Numbered from the stretch's first letter, positions 1 to 9,325 are shown. The stretch is DNA of 24,000 nucleotides from Dehalococcoidia bacterium (GCA_965237875.1 CBDEGP010000001.1:1015790-1039789), one strand, 5' to 3'. Program-made: numbers and translations. The notes: generated by a model from the letters alone, not told the origin.

Positions 1-28
1 GGCCGCCTGGGAGTCGATAAAGCTCGAC

Positions 29-1345
29 TTGGCAGGCTCCGCATGGCGGGAGTGGTCTAACGCCATGCAGGCCCCTTCGGCTAGCTCAGGGCAGGCTCTG
101 GCGGGATACCGAGTCATCGACCTGGGGAACGTCCTTGCCGGGCCTCTGGTCACCCAGTTTCTCGCAGACATGGGTGCTGAGGTGATCAAGGTGGAGACCA
201 GGACGCGTCTGGACGGCACCAGAAGGGGGCGCCCTATAGTGGGAGAGGACATTGCAGGAGGGGACAGAGGCCAGTGGCCCGAGCTCCAGCCCCTGTTTCA
301 CTGCATCAACCGCAACAAGATGGGTATAACCGTGGACTTGAGGAAGCCTGAAGGCGTAGCCGTGGTGCATGACCTGGCCCGCATCAGCGACGTGGTCTTG
401 AACAACAACGCACCCGGTGTCATGGACAGACTTGGCGTAGGGCACGAGGCTCTGAAGGCCGTCAACCCCGACATCATCACCGTCTCAATGCCGGGAGTCG
501 GCGAGGAAGGCCCGCTGCGCCACGTGCTGGCGTACGCGTCCATCACCTCAGCCTTGTCGGGGCTTATGGGACTCATAGGATACGCCCCGGACAGCGACGG
601 AGCAGGTCCCGACGGACTGCTCTCCGGCCAGATTCAGGGCGCTTGGGGCGATGTGGTCGCATCCCTGAGCGCGGCAATCGGCCTCATGGCAGCAATCCAT
701 CACCGCAGGAACACGGGACAGGGCCAGCGCCTGGAACTGGCCCAACTTGAGGCGGCAGTGAGCCTTCTGGGTGAGGCCTTCATGGACTACGACATGAACG
801 GCCGCAGCCGGACCAACCTGGACGCCGGACATGCGGTGATGGCGCCCCACGGCAACTATCCTTGCGCCGGCGACGACCGGTGGGTGTCGATTGCCGTAAA
901 GGACCAGGAGGAATGGCTGCGTTTCTGTGAAGCTTTGGGCGACCCTGACTGGACCAGGGAACGGAGGTTTGCCGACCATTACTCAAGGCTGGAGCATGTG
1001 CACGACCTGGACCGCATGGTGGGTGAGTGGACGGCCCGGAGAACGCCTGAAGAGGTCACTGAGGTCCTTCAGAGCCACGGCGTGGCGGCCATGACGGTGA
1101 TGAATATCGAAGACCAGTTTTCCGACCCCCAAAGCCATGAGCGGGGCGTGTTCGTGGAGATGGACCACCCCATGGTTGGGGCGGAGTGGATACCGGGCAT
1201 CCCCTGGAAACTGAGCGACACACCCGGAGAAGTGCGTCATCGCGCGCCCTTTCTCGGTGAACATAACGAGCATGTGCTCAAGGAGCTTCTTGGATACTCT
1301 GAAGAGAAGCGCCTGGAGCTTTTGGAGGGGGACGTTCTGGAGTAA
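29..1345 (+). CDS. Family III CoA-transferase (CaiB/BaiF type)
   Basis: 438-aa ORF. The N-terminal segment 'GYRVIDLGNVLAGPLVTQFLADMGAEVIKVE' is the hallmark start of CaiB/BaiF family III CoA-transferases. The ORF opens with TTG at 29; the in-frame ATG at 65 (MQAPSAS...) is the more likely start. Confidence 0.85.
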   Translation: MAGSAWREWSNAMQAPSASSGQALAGYRVIDLGNVLAGPLVTQFLADMGAEVIKVETRTRLDGTRRGRPIVGEDIAGGDRGQWPELQPLFHCINRNKMGITVDLRKPEGVAVVHDLARISDVVLNNNAPGVMDRLGVGHEALKAVNPDIITVSMPGVGEEGPLRHVLAYASITSALSGLMGLIGYAPDSDGAGPDGLLSGQIQGAWGDVVASLSAAIGLMAAIHHRRNTGQGQRLELAQLEAAVSLLGEAFMDYDMNGRSRTNLDAGHAVMAPHGNYPCAGDDRWVSIAVKDQEEWLRFCEALGDPDWTRERRFADHYSRLEHVHDLDRMVGEWTARRTPEEVTEVLQSHGVAAMTVMNIEDQFSDPQSHERGVFVEMDHPMVGAEWIPGIPWKLSDTPGEVRHRAPFLGEHNEHVLKELLGYSEEKRLELLEGDVLE

Positions 1346-1362
1346 TGAGGCCCCCTGCCCTG

Positions 1363-1371
1363 TGCTATAAT
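1363..1371 (+). promoter_or_regulatory. Candidate extended -10 promoter (TGCTATAAT) for the EthD/DUF1015 genes
   Basis: TGnTATAAT match (TG-C-TATAAT) in the 67-nt gap after the CoA-transferase stop. It lies 42 nt upstream of ATG 1413, which has a GAGGAG SD at 1401-1406. Confidence 0.35.
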
Positions 1372-1412
1372 TTGCCGGGCCCAAGCGCCGGAAACCTCAT
1401 GAGGAGAACGAG

Positions 1413-1727
1413 ATGATCCGCGTCACAATGCTTTTCCCCAACGACGAAGGTTCGAGTTTTGACCACGAATACTACATGAACAACCATATTCCCATGGTCA
1501 AAGGACTGCTGGAGTCTCTGGGACTGGTCGAGATGAACGTGGACAAGGGCATCTCCGACACCGACCCCAACGCCCCGCCCCGGTTCCACGTCATCGCCGG
1601 AATAGTCTTCAACACTGTCGAGGACGTACACAACGCATTCATCTCGGCGGCCCGCGAGATTCTGGGAGACACCAAGAACTACACCGACGTCAAGCCGGCC
1701 TTCCAAATCAGCGAGGTCGTACTCTAG
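1413..1727 (+). CDS. EthD-family protein (TIGR02118-like)
   Basis: 104 aa. 'MIRVTMLFPNDEGSSFDHEYY...NYTDVKPAFQISEVVL' follows the typical EthD/TIGR02118 pattern (about 100 aa, N-terminal beta strand, FDxxYY, C-terminal NYTD...ISEV). Good SD. Confidence 0.75.
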   Translation: MIRVTMLFPNDEGSSFDHEYYMNNHIPMVKGLLESLGLVEMNVDKGISDTDPNAPPRFHVIAGIVFNTVEDVHNAFISAAREILGDTKNYTDVKPAFQISEVVL

Positions 1728-1747
1728 GGCCGGGCTCTCGGAACGTC

Positions 1748-3037
1748 ATGGCGGAAGTGCGCCCCTTTCGGGGCCTGAGATACAACCCGGACATCGTCGG
1801 AAGTCTGTCGGGCATAATCGCGCCCCCTTTTGACACCATCTCTCCCGAGCTTCAAGAGTCCCTGTACAGCCGGAGTCCCCACAACGTCGTGCGTTTGGAG
1901 GCGGGGAAGAGGCTCCCCACCGACACCCAGTCCGACAATCGCTACACGCGCACCGCAAGCCTGCTGAAAGAGTGGGTCCACGGCAGTCTCTTGCAGCGGG
2001 AGTCATCCCCCAGCTTTTACCTTGTGCGGCACGGGTTCCACATAGGGGGCAGGCGAACGTTGAGGTTCGAGCTGATGGCCGCTGTGCGTCTGGCTGAATA
2101 CGACGAGCGCGTGGTGCTGCCCCACGAATACACACGCGACGCCGATAAAGAGGACAGGCTGGCGTTGATTTCCGCCGCACGGACCAACATAAGCCCCATC
2201 ATGTGCCTGTACCGGGACCCGTCGGGCGAGGTTCCGTCCATTTTGGCGGACGCGTCGGCGAAAGAACCCCTGGCGGAGTTCACCGACGCCGGAGGCCAGG
2301 ACTACGCCATGTGGCGATTGGACAGCCCCGGGGACATAGGGAGAATCCAGGGCGCCCTATCCGACCGGCCCCTTTATATTGCCGACGGGCACCACAGGTA
2401 CGAGACCGCGTTGAACTACCGGCGGGCCATGTCCGAGGAGTCCGGAGGTTCCCCTCCGGCCCCCTGGGACTTCGTGATGATGGGCCTCATAGACTTTGAC
2501 GATCCAGGGCTCTGTGTCCTCCCATACCACAGGACGGTGGGGGGCCTGGACCAAGACGGCCTGGAACGAATTCGGGAAAAGTTAAGAGATGCCTTCGAAT
2601 GGCTGCCGGTGGATGGCGGCCTGGGTTTGGAGGGATTGGAAGCGGAAGTAGCCGAGTCGGGCAAGGGCCGCCTGGCGGTGGGGCTATTCGATCCCACGGA
2701 AACCGGTAACAGCCTGCTTACGTTCAGGAACACGGTTCACCCGGTAGCCCGGGGGCCGCTGGCCCAATCCGAGGCGTGGATACTGGAGCGGCATGTTTTG
2801 AGTCCGCTTTTGGGGGAGGCGCTGGGCGAGCACGTGGAGTACGTTCACGACGTAGAGGAGATGGAACGGATGGCGAGGGGAGGCGGCTGTCAGATGGGGT
2901 TCCTGCTGAAACCCTTTCCGTTGGACCTGTTCGAGACCATCATGGACCAGGGGCTGAGGCTGCCTCCAAAGTCTACGTTCTTCTTTCCCAAGCTGGCTAC
3001 CGGCCTGGTGATGAACCCCTTGGACGACGCCCTCTAG
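1748..3037 (+). CDS. DUF1015 domain-containing protein
   Basis: 429 aa. The N-terminal 'VRPFRGLRYNPD...IIAPPFDTIS' and central 'LYIADGHHRYETAL' motifs are characteristic of the DUF1015 family. Confidence 0.85.
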   Translation: MAEVRPFRGLRYNPDIVGSLSGIIAPPFDTISPELQESLYSRSPHNVVRLEAGKRLPTDTQSDNRYTRTASLLKEWVHGSLLQRESSPSFYLVRHGFHIGGRRTLRFELMAAVRLAEYDERVVLPHEYTRDADKEDRLALISAARTNISPIMCLYRDPSGEVPSILADASAKEPLAEFTDAGGQDYAMWRLDSPGDIGRIQGALSDRPLYIADGHHRYETALNYRRAMSEESGGSPPAPWDFVMMGLIDFDDPGLCVLPYHRTVGGLDQDGLERIREKLRDAFEWLPVDGGLGLEGLEAEVAESGKGRLAVGLFDPTETGNSLLTFRNTVHPVARGPLAQSEAWILERHVLSPLLGEALGEHVEYVHDVEEMERMARGGGCQMGFLLKPFPLDLFETIMDQGLRLPPKSTFFFPKLATGLVMNPLDDAL

Positions 3038-3483
3038 GATGCCTCGCTCTCCCTGAGCCCGTCGGTTATCGCGCGTTCAGCCCTCTTGGAGTTCTCGGCG
3101 ATGAACTCTTTGAGACGCCTTATCTCAGAGTTGAGTTCGTCGTCGGAGAGGCCGCTCGGTCCGCTGGCGGTCAGTTGTCTGAGATTGTCTTTGGCCTCTT
3201 CCACCTGCCGGGTCAGTTCCAGCGCCGCCAACTCGTCCACGGCCTTCCGTTTGATGGCCGTCAGGTGTCTATGCACCGCCTGGGCATGCTCCAGACGCTC
3301 TTCGATCTCAGACATGGCAGAGAGGACCGCATCCAGAGTCGTCCTGCCATAGATGGCCTGCCTGGGAAGCCTCTCTTTCTGGGTCCTGAACTGGCGAATC
3401 AAGGAGCTGACGTCGTCCTCCTTGGCTGAGATTTCAGCCAGGAACAGACGGAGCCGGGCGGTTGCTTGCCTTATCAGGACCAT
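3034..3483 (-). CDS. Hypothetical coiled-coil protein
   Basis: 149-aa ORF with an ATG start. It has a charged, heptad-like composition (E/R/K/L/A rich) and no recognisable motif. Plus-strand ORFs across it are R/G/S-rich shadows. Its stop overlaps the convergent DUF1015 stop by 4 bp. Confidence 0.5.
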   Translation of the reverse strand: MVLIRQATARLRLFLAEISAKEDDVSSLIRQFRTQKERLPRQAIYGRTTLDAVLSAMSEIEERLEHAQAVHRHLTAIKRKAVDELAALELTRQVEEAKDNLRQLTASGPSGLSDDELNSEIRRLKEFIAENSKRAERAITDGLRESEAS

Positions 3484-3516
3484 CAGAGACCAACTATATG
3501 TCCGGCTAAATGCCGA

Positions 3517-4278
3517 TTAAATGGATGTGTTGCCGCCGTCAACCGGGATTTCGGCCCCTGTGACGTAGGAGGACTCGTCCGACGCAAGCCACAGCACCAC
3601 CGTGCCTACCTCCTCGGACCTGCCCGATCTGCGCAGAGGAGTCCTGGAGGCCCAGGTCTCGGCTTGCGCTTCCAGTTCCGTTTCGGACCGAGTCGAAGAG
3701 CTCATGGGAGGCATCCTCCCCGGATGCACCGAGTTGACCCTGATGTTGGAGGGGCCGAGGCGCGCTGCCATAGCCTTGGTGAACATCCTGACGGCGCCCT
3801 TGGAGGCGTTGTATCCGGGGTGTCCGCCGGCGGAACCTCTCAAGCCTGCCGTTGACGAAATGTTGACGATGGAGCCTCCGCCGACCGCTTCCATCCTTGG
3901 GACTGCGTGTTTTGTGCCGAGGAATACGCCGGTGGCGTTGATGCTCCAGAGCATGTCCCAGCCCGCGACGCTGTCGTGGTCGGAGAAGGAACTCCGGCTG
4001 ATGCCGGCGTTGTTTACGAGTATGTCCAGCCTGCCGAATTTGGCGACGGTTTCCTCAATCGCCCGTTCCCAGTCCGACTCTACGGTTACGTCCATGTGGA
4101 TGAACAGAGCGTCGCCGCCCTGGGCTTTGACCTCCGCCTCCACCTGTCTGCCCTGCTCCTCCGCTCGGTCTCCGAAAGCCACCTTTGCCCCTTCTGCGGC
4201 CATGATCTTGACTTCCGTGGCGCCCATGCCGTTGGCTCCCCCGGAAACAAACGCCACCTTGCCGTCCAAACGTCCCAT
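3517..4278 (-). CDS. Short-chain dehydrogenase/reductase (SDR) family oxidoreductase
   Basis: 253 aa. Classical SDR motifs: 'VSGGANGMG' (TGxxxGxG-type), 'NNAG', and the catalytic 'YNASKGA' (YxxxK). AAGGAGG SD lies 6 nt before the ATG. Confidence 0.9.
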   Translation of the reverse strand: MGRLDGKVAFVSGGANGMGATEVKIMAAEGAKVAFGDRAEEQGRQVEAEVKAQGGDALFIHMDVTVESDWERAIEETVAKFGRLDILVNNAGISRSSFSDHDSVAGWDMLWSINATGVFLGTKHAVPRMEAVGGGSIVNISSTAGLRGSAGGHPGYNASKGAVRMFTKAMAARLGPSNIRVNSVHPGRMPPMSSSTRSETELEAQAETWASRTPLRRSGRSEEVGTVVLWLASDESSYVTGAEIPVDGGNTSI

Positions 4279-4293
4279 AAAGCGCCTCCTTGC

Positions 4294-5889
4294 TTAGAGC
4301 TTCACAAGCCTGGCAGTGTCGATCTGCTCCAAATCTCTTATCTGATCGAGTACGTGGGGAGGGACCGGGTCATCCAGTCCTATGATCATCATCGCCCGTC
4401 CCCTGGGGCTCAGCCGTCCAACTTGCATGAAGCTGATGTTGATGTCGTTGCGCCCGGCGATGGCCCCTACGGCGCCGATGGAGCCGGGCTTGTCCTGCTG
4501 CTCTACGAACAGCAAGTAGGAAACCCCTGTGAGAGTGATGTCCAGCCAATAGTCGTCTACCCTGACCAGATGCACCTCGTCGCGCAGTGAAGCCCCGGCG
4601 AGGGTCAGCCCGCCGCTCGTGGTGTTCAGCGTGACGGTGATCAGGCTTCCGTGGTGTTGGTCGTGGGTGTCTCTGTTCTCGCTCACCTTCCACCCGTGCC
4701 GTTGGGCTATGAGAGGAGCGTTGATCTGGTTCACCCTGGCGTCCGTAACCTGCCCCAGAAGCCCGGTCAGCGCCGTTGAGCTCAGGAGGGTTGTGTCATG
4801 ATTGGCGATTTCGCCCTGGTAGCCGATGGTGACCCCGAGGAACTGGCCTTCCGCAAGCGACGTAAGCAGCCGGCCCAGAATGTCGGCCACGGGGATGAAG
4901 GGTGCGACAACGGCGTGGACTTCCGGCGGCATGAAGGGAGCGTTGACCGTGTTGCGGGCCGGAGTCCCTTCCAACACTGCGATGACCTGTTCCGCCACCT
5001 CGATGGCGACCTCCCTTTGGGCTTCTCTCGTAGATGCTCCGAGGTGGGGAGTCGCTATGACTTTCGGATGGTTTATCAGGGGCTCGTCCTCGTCGGGAGG
5101 TTCGTTGGCGAATACGTCCACGGCGGCGCCGGCGAGCCTGTCCTCATCCAACGCTTTGCGGACAGCCTCGGAGTCCACAAGCTCCCCTCGGGCCACGTTG
5201 ATGAGGCGGGCCCCGGGTTTCACCTTGGCCAGGCTCTCCTCGTTTATCAGGTTGTGAGTTCCTGCCGTCAGCGGCGTGTGCAGGGTGATGAAGTCCGACT
5301 CGGCGAACAGGTTGTCCAGGGACGTAAGCTCGATCCCCAACAGACGCGCCGCTTCCGGGTTGATGAAGGGGTCGTATCCCAGGACCCTCATGCTGAAGCT
5401 CTGGGCGCGGCGGGCAACCTCGGACCCGACTCTGCCGATGCCCACGATGCCCAGGACCTTGTTCCTGATTTCGACGCCTATGAAGGCGCTCCGGCTCCAC
5501 GCTCCGCTCTTCAACGATTCATGGGCCTGGGGGACGTTTCTGGACAGAGCCAGCATTAACGCCAGAGTATGCTCCACCGCTGCGATTGTGTTGCCCGTGG
5601 GTGCGTTGACCACTGCTATTCCGTGGGAAGTGGCGGCGTCCATGTCGATGTTGTCCACTCCGACGCCGGCCCTGGCCACGACCTGGAGGTTCTTGCCGGC
5701 CCGGATGACTTCTTCGGTCACTTGGGCGCCGCTTCTCACTATAAGGGCCTCGTAGTCTCCAATGACCTGGACCAACTCGTCGTGGGACAGACCGGTTTTC
5801 ACGTCCACTTGCAGGTCGGCCTGCCGCTTCAGCAGCTCGACCCCCTCCGCGTCCAGGGGTTCGGAGATGAGTACCCTGGCCACCGTCAC
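4294..5889 (-). CDS. serA: D-3-phosphoglycerate dehydrogenase, long form with C-terminal ASB/ACT regulatory region
   Basis: 531 aa. It shows the D-isomer 2-hydroxyacid dehydrogenase fold ('GIVGIGRVGSEVARR' NAD site, 'NVARGELVD', 'TPHLGAST') plus an approximately 200-aa C-terminal extension ending in an ACT-like 'MIIGLDDPVP'. The GTG start overlaps the upstream stop (GTGA). Confidence 0.92.
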   Translation of the reverse strand: MTVARVLISEPLDAEGVELLKRQADLQVDVKTGLSHDELVQVIGDYEALIVRSGAQVTEEVIRAGKNLQVVARAGVGVDNIDMDAATSHGIAVVNAPTGNTIAAVEHTLALMLALSRNVPQAHESLKSGAWSRSAFIGVEIRNKVLGIVGIGRVGSEVARRAQSFSMRVLGYDPFINPEAARLLGIELTSLDNLFAESDFITLHTPLTAGTHNLINEESLAKVKPGARLINVARGELVDSEAVRKALDEDRLAGAAVDVFANEPPDEDEPLINHPKVIATPHLGASTREAQREVAIEVAEQVIAVLEGTPARNTVNAPFMPPEVHAVVAPFIPVADILGRLLTSLAEGQFLGVTIGYQGEIANHDTTLLSSTALTGLLGQVTDARVNQINAPLIAQRHGWKVSENRDTHDQHHGSLITVTLNTTSGGLTLAGASLRDEVHLVRVDDYWLDITLTGVSYLLFVEQQDKPGSIGAVGAIAGRNDINISFMQVGRLSPRGRAMMIIGLDDPVPPHVLDQIRDLEQIDTARLVKL

Positions 5890-7010
5890 TGTCCGGCTGC
5901 CGCGGCCGCCGGCTGGAAGCCCAGCTGTTCCAAAGTTGTATTCAATGTGCTCAAGACTTCATCGATGTCGCTTTCGGGCACGCGTCCTAGGTGGCCGACC
6001 CGGAATATCTTGCCCGTGAGGGTCCCCTGACCTCCGGCCAGCACCACGGAATGTTCTCGCAGCATTATCGAGGACAGCTGCCCTACGTCGACTCCCGCAG
6101 GAGCTTTCACCGAGGTCACGGTGTCCGAAGCGTGAGAAGGCGCAGCGAGCATCTCCAGTCCAAGAGCTTTCAGGCCGCTGCGGGTGTATTCCGCTATGTG
6201 ACGGTGGCGCAGGAACACGTTTTCCATGCCTTCGTCCAGCAGCATCCGCAGAGCTTCGTCCAGACCGTAAAATATGGACACGCTGGGCGTCCAGGGGGTT
6301 TGACCCCGTTCCAGGTAGCTTTCGGCCCGCTCTAAATCGAAGTAGTAACGGGGCATGGAGGCCCGTTCCCGGGCGGCCCAGGCCTCGCCGCTCATGCTGA
6401 TGAAAGCCAGCCCCGGAGGGACCATTAGCCCCTTTTGGGACGCCGTGCAGACCACGTCCACGTTCCACGCGTCGGTGGGCAGAGGCACGCACCCCATGCT
6501 GCTTATGGCGTCAACGAGAAAGAGCTTCCCGAACTCTCCCTTTACAACCTTGGAGATGGATTCGATGTCGTTGGTGACGCCTGTTGAAGTCTCGTTGTGG
6601 GTTATGAGCACAGCGGAAATGTCGGGGTCGTCGTTGAGAGCCTGCCGTATGGCGTCGGGATCGGCGGCGTGTCCCATCTCCACGTCCATGCGTACTACGT
6701 CGGCGCCGTAAATCTGAGCGACCTCGCTAAAGCGGTCTCCAAAGTACCCGATGCTCACGGCCAGCGCCTTCTCGCCGGGAGACAGGGTGTTCACCACCGC
6801 CGCTTCCAAAGCGCCCGTGCCGGAAGAGGAGAGTATGAACATCCGGTTCTGGGTCATGAACACTTTTTTCAGGTTCTCGGTGCACCGCTCGAGCATCTCC
6901 TTGAACTCAGGGCCCCGGTGGTTGATCATGGGCTGGGCCATGACATCAATAATCTCTTGTGGAAGGGGGGTCGGCCCTGGAGTCCTGAGGTTTTGTTTGG
7001 GTATCTTCAC
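5886..7010 (-). CDS. Class-V (AGXT/serine-glyoxylate type) pyridoxal-phosphate aminotransferase; probable phosphoserine aminotransferase role
   Basis: 374 aa. 'TPGPTPLPQEI...MINHRGPEF' at the N-terminus and 'CTASQKGLMVPPGLAF' (PLP-lysine motif) are typical of class-V aminotransferases. GTG start with AGGAGG 4 nt upstream. 4-nt overlap with serA. Confidence 0.85.
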   Translation of the reverse strand: MKIPKQNLRTPGPTPLPQEIIDVMAQPMINHRGPEFKEMLERCTENLKKVFMTQNRMFILSSSGTGALEAAVVNTLSPGEKALAVSIGYFGDRFSEVAQIYGADVVRMDVEMGHAADPDAIRQALNDDPDISAVLITHNETSTGVTNDIESISKVVKGEFGKLFLVDAISSMGCVPLPTDAWNVDVVCTASQKGLMVPPGLAFISMSGEAWAARERASMPRYYFDLERAESYLERGQTPWTPSVSIFYGLDEALRMLLDEGMENVFLRHRHIAEYTRSGLKALGLEMLAAPSHASDTVTSVKAPAGVDVGQLSSIMLREHSVVLAGGQGTLTGKIFRVGHLGRVPESDIDEVLSTLNTTLEQLGFQPAAAAAGQ

Positions 7011-7043
7011 TTTTCCTCCTGGAAATTGGTCTCTTGCCTGAGT

Positions 7044-8255
7044 CTACTCCTGCGATTCTATCTTAAGGTACCTGCGTCTGCCTATCTTCAAGACGCTTCC
7101 GGGGTGGAGGCGAACGTCGTCAGATGCAACTTTCTCGCCGTCCAATTGGACCGCTCCCTGTGAGATGAGTCGTTTCACCTCCGCCTTGCTGGCCGCCACG
7201 GCGGCGTCAACCAGCACGTCGGCGATGGAGAAAGATGCGCCGTTCTGGTCCAGCCCCTTCAAGGCGTAGCTGTCCATCTGCTCCGGCGCCTGCCGTTGTT
7301 GAACGACGCGTTCGAAATGTGCCCGGGCTTCGCTGGCCTCGGCGGGACTGTGGAACTGCGCCGTTATCTCCGCCGCCAGTCGTTTCTTTGGCTCCATAGG
7401 GTTCAAAGAACCTGCGCCCATTGCCCGGTCCATGTCTTCTATCTCCGTGGTGGGCACGTCGGTCAGCCACGAGAAGTATTCGATGACCACTTCGTCCGGA
7501 AGGGACATGACCTTCCCGTACATTTCGTTGGGAGGGTCTTCCACGGCGATGTAGTTGCCCAGGCTCTTGCTCATCTTCTGGACGCCGTCCGTGCCCACCA
7601 GTATGGGCACCATGAAGCATTGCTGCGGCGTCTGTCCCATCATCGCCTGCAGCTCGCGGCCCACCAGCAGGTTGAATTTCTGGTCGGTGCCGCCGAACTC
7701 CACGTCAGATTCAATGACCACCGAGTCATAGGCCTGAAGGAGGGGATACAGCAGTTCGGTCACGGCGATGGGCCGATGGGCCTGGAACCTTTTGGCAAAG
7801 TCGGCCCTGTCAAGGAATTGAGCGACTGTGAAACGGCCGGTCAGACCGATGACGTCAGCCAGGGTGAACTTACCGAACCACTCGCTCTGCCACATGGCTT
7901 CGGTCCTGTCCTTGTCCACGACCTTGAAGAACTGGCGCATGTAGGACTCGGCGTTGGCGATAACCTCGTCGTGGGTGAGCATGGGGCGGGTGGCCGACTC
8001 GCCGCTGGGGTCGCCGATCTGGGCCGTCCAGTCGCCTACGATAAGGATGACGTGGTGCCCCAGGTCCTGCAATTGGCGGAGCTTTCTCAGGCCCACCACG
8101 TGGCCTAGGTGGATGTCGGGCCGGCTGGGGTCGAACCCCATCTTCAGACGCATGGGCTTGCCGCCCTGGAGCCGCTCAATGAACTCTTCCCGGACGATGA
8201 TTTCGCTGACGCCTCTTTCGGCAATCAGGTCTAGGGTTTGGTCGTCAAGCGGCAT
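7044..8255 (-). CDS. tyrS: Tyrosine--tRNA ligase
   Basis: 403 aa. Class I signature 'PDIHLGH' (HIGH) and an exact 'KMSKS', with a C-terminal S4-like RNA-binding domain ('VKRLISQGAVQLDGEKV'). Confidence 0.95.
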   Translation of the reverse strand: MPLDDQTLDLIAERGVSEIIVREEFIERLQGGKPMRLKMGFDPSRPDIHLGHVVGLRKLRQLQDLGHHVILIVGDWTAQIGDPSGESATRPMLTHDEVIANAESYMRQFFKVVDKDRTEAMWQSEWFGKFTLADVIGLTGRFTVAQFLDRADFAKRFQAHRPIAVTELLYPLLQAYDSVVIESDVEFGGTDQKFNLLVGRELQAMMGQTPQQCFMVPILVGTDGVQKMSKSLGNYIAVEDPPNEMYGKVMSLPDEVVIEYFSWLTDVPTTEIEDMDRAMGAGSLNPMEPKKRLAAEITAQFHSPAEASEARAHFERVVQQRQAPEQMDSYALKGLDQNGASFSIADVLVDAAVAASKAEVKRLISQGAVQLDGEKVASDDVRLHPGSVLKIGRRRYLKIESQE

Positions 8256-8267
8256 GGGACCTCATGT

Positions 8268-9212
8268 TCATGGGCCTTTGCCAAGCGTCGGCGCCGTGGA
8301 AAGGATGTCCTGGGTCCGCTCGATGTCCAGTTTCATCTGTTCCACCAGGGTTTCGACGCTGGAAAAGGTCTGCTCGTCCCGGATTCTTCGCACGAACTCA
8401 AGCCTCAGGGGCTTGTCGTATATGTCCTCGTCGAAGTTGAGGATGAAGGCCTCGATGGTCATGGCGTGAATCCCGAACGTCGGCCTGTATCCTATGCAGG
8501 TGGCGGCCATTATCCGTCTTCCTTCCACAACCGCCCAGGTGGCGTAGATGCCCTTCATGGGTATGGCTATGTCGTCGTCGACGGATAGATTGGCGGTAGG
8601 GAACCCGATGGTGCGTCCCCGGCGGTCTCCCTCGACGACGGTCCCGCTCAGCGAGAACGAACGCCCCAGCATCCTGGAAGCTTTCTCCACGTTTCCCTGG
8701 GCGATAAGCTCCCGTATGGCGCCGGTATGAATGGCCTCTCCGTCAAGGTCGACGTGGTCTATCTGCTCGACGTCGAAACCCGTCTTGAGCCCCAGCTGCT
8801 TCAGGGTGGAGATGTTGCCCTCCCTCCTGTAGCCGATGGCGAAGTCGGGCCCCACCACAAGACCTTTCATCCTAAGGTTCGTTTGAAGCAGCGAGGCGAA
8901 ATCTTCTGCCCTTATCTGGGACACTTCGCGGGTGAAGTCCACGTCAACGACCACTGACACCCCCTGGTCGCGTATCAACCTGAGCCGTTCATCGAGGGGA
9001 GTTATATAGCGCACGTGGGCGTCGGGCTGCAGTACGGACCTGGGAGCATTCCTGAAGGACAGGACAGCGGGTTCCAGTCCGCGTGCTGCGGCCATTTCCT
9101 TTGTGGCGTTGATGAGGTGTTGGTGGCCCAGATGCACTCCATCAAAGGTCCCTATCGTAACCGCGGTGTCTCGAGAGAGAGACAGTTGTTGGAGTTGGTC
9201 TCTGATTGTCAT
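8268..9212 (-). CDS. ribF: Bifunctional riboflavin kinase / FMN adenylyltransferase
   Basis: 314 aa. 'GTFDGVHLGHQHLI' (nucleotidyltransferase HxGH) at the N-terminus; a riboflavin kinase half with 'GFPTANL' and 'RPTFG' motifs. Confidence 0.93.
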   Translation of the reverse strand: MTIRDQLQQLSLSRDTAVTIGTFDGVHLGHQHLINATKEMAAARGLEPAVLSFRNAPRSVLQPDAHVRYITPLDERLRLIRDQGVSVVVDVDFTREVSQIRAEDFASLLQTNLRMKGLVVGPDFAIGYRREGNISTLKQLGLKTGFDVEQIDHVDLDGEAIHTGAIRELIAQGNVEKASRMLGRSFSLSGTVVEGDRRGRTIGFPTANLSVDDDIAIPMKGIYATWAVVEGRRIMAATCIGYRPTFGIHAMTIEAFILNFDEDIYDKPLRLEFVRRIRDEQTFSSVETLVEQMKLDIERTQDILSTAPTLGKGP

Positions 9213-9225
9213 CTAATAACTTTAG

Positions 9226-9251
9226 AGGCTCCTTTAATAGGGAGCCTCTTT
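9226..9251. other. Perfect hairpin (9-bp stem AGAGGCTCC/GGAGCCTCT, 8-nt loop) between the aroF stop and the ribF start
   Basis: Read directly: AGAGGCTCC-TTTAATAG-GGAGCCTCT. It lies 14 nt upstream of the ribF ATG (minus strand). No U-tract follows on the minus strand, so it is not a canonical intrinsic terminator. Confidence 0.5.
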
Positions 9252-9296
9252 ATGGCGCCGACGTAACGTGAGCACGGCTCGGTCTCGACGATTGGG

Positions 9297-9325
9297 ATGG
9301 TAGCATAGCGTATATGGAGCGTCAA
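9297..9325 (-). promoter_or_regulatory. Candidate sigma70-type promoter for the ribF-tyrS string (TTGACG-17-TACCAT)
   Basis: On the minus strand, TTGACG (9325-9320), a 17-nt spacer, then TACCAT (9302-9297). It sits about 85 nt upstream of the ribF ATG. Confidence 0.3.

Noticed and set aside
29-64. The TTG start at 29 for the CoA-transferase.
   Set aside because: It is kept as the ORF boundary. However, family members normally begin just before the 'L.G.RV.DL' segment, so ATG 65 is the more likely start. The window edge also prevents inspection of the upstream region.
8256-8267. A T-box leader or other riboswitch upstream of tyrS, or an FMN element near ribF.
   Set aside because: Only 12 nt separate ribF from tyrS. 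The ribF leader (142 nt) shows a simple hairpin but none of the conserved T-box or FMN-riboswitch sequence blocks that I can recognise.
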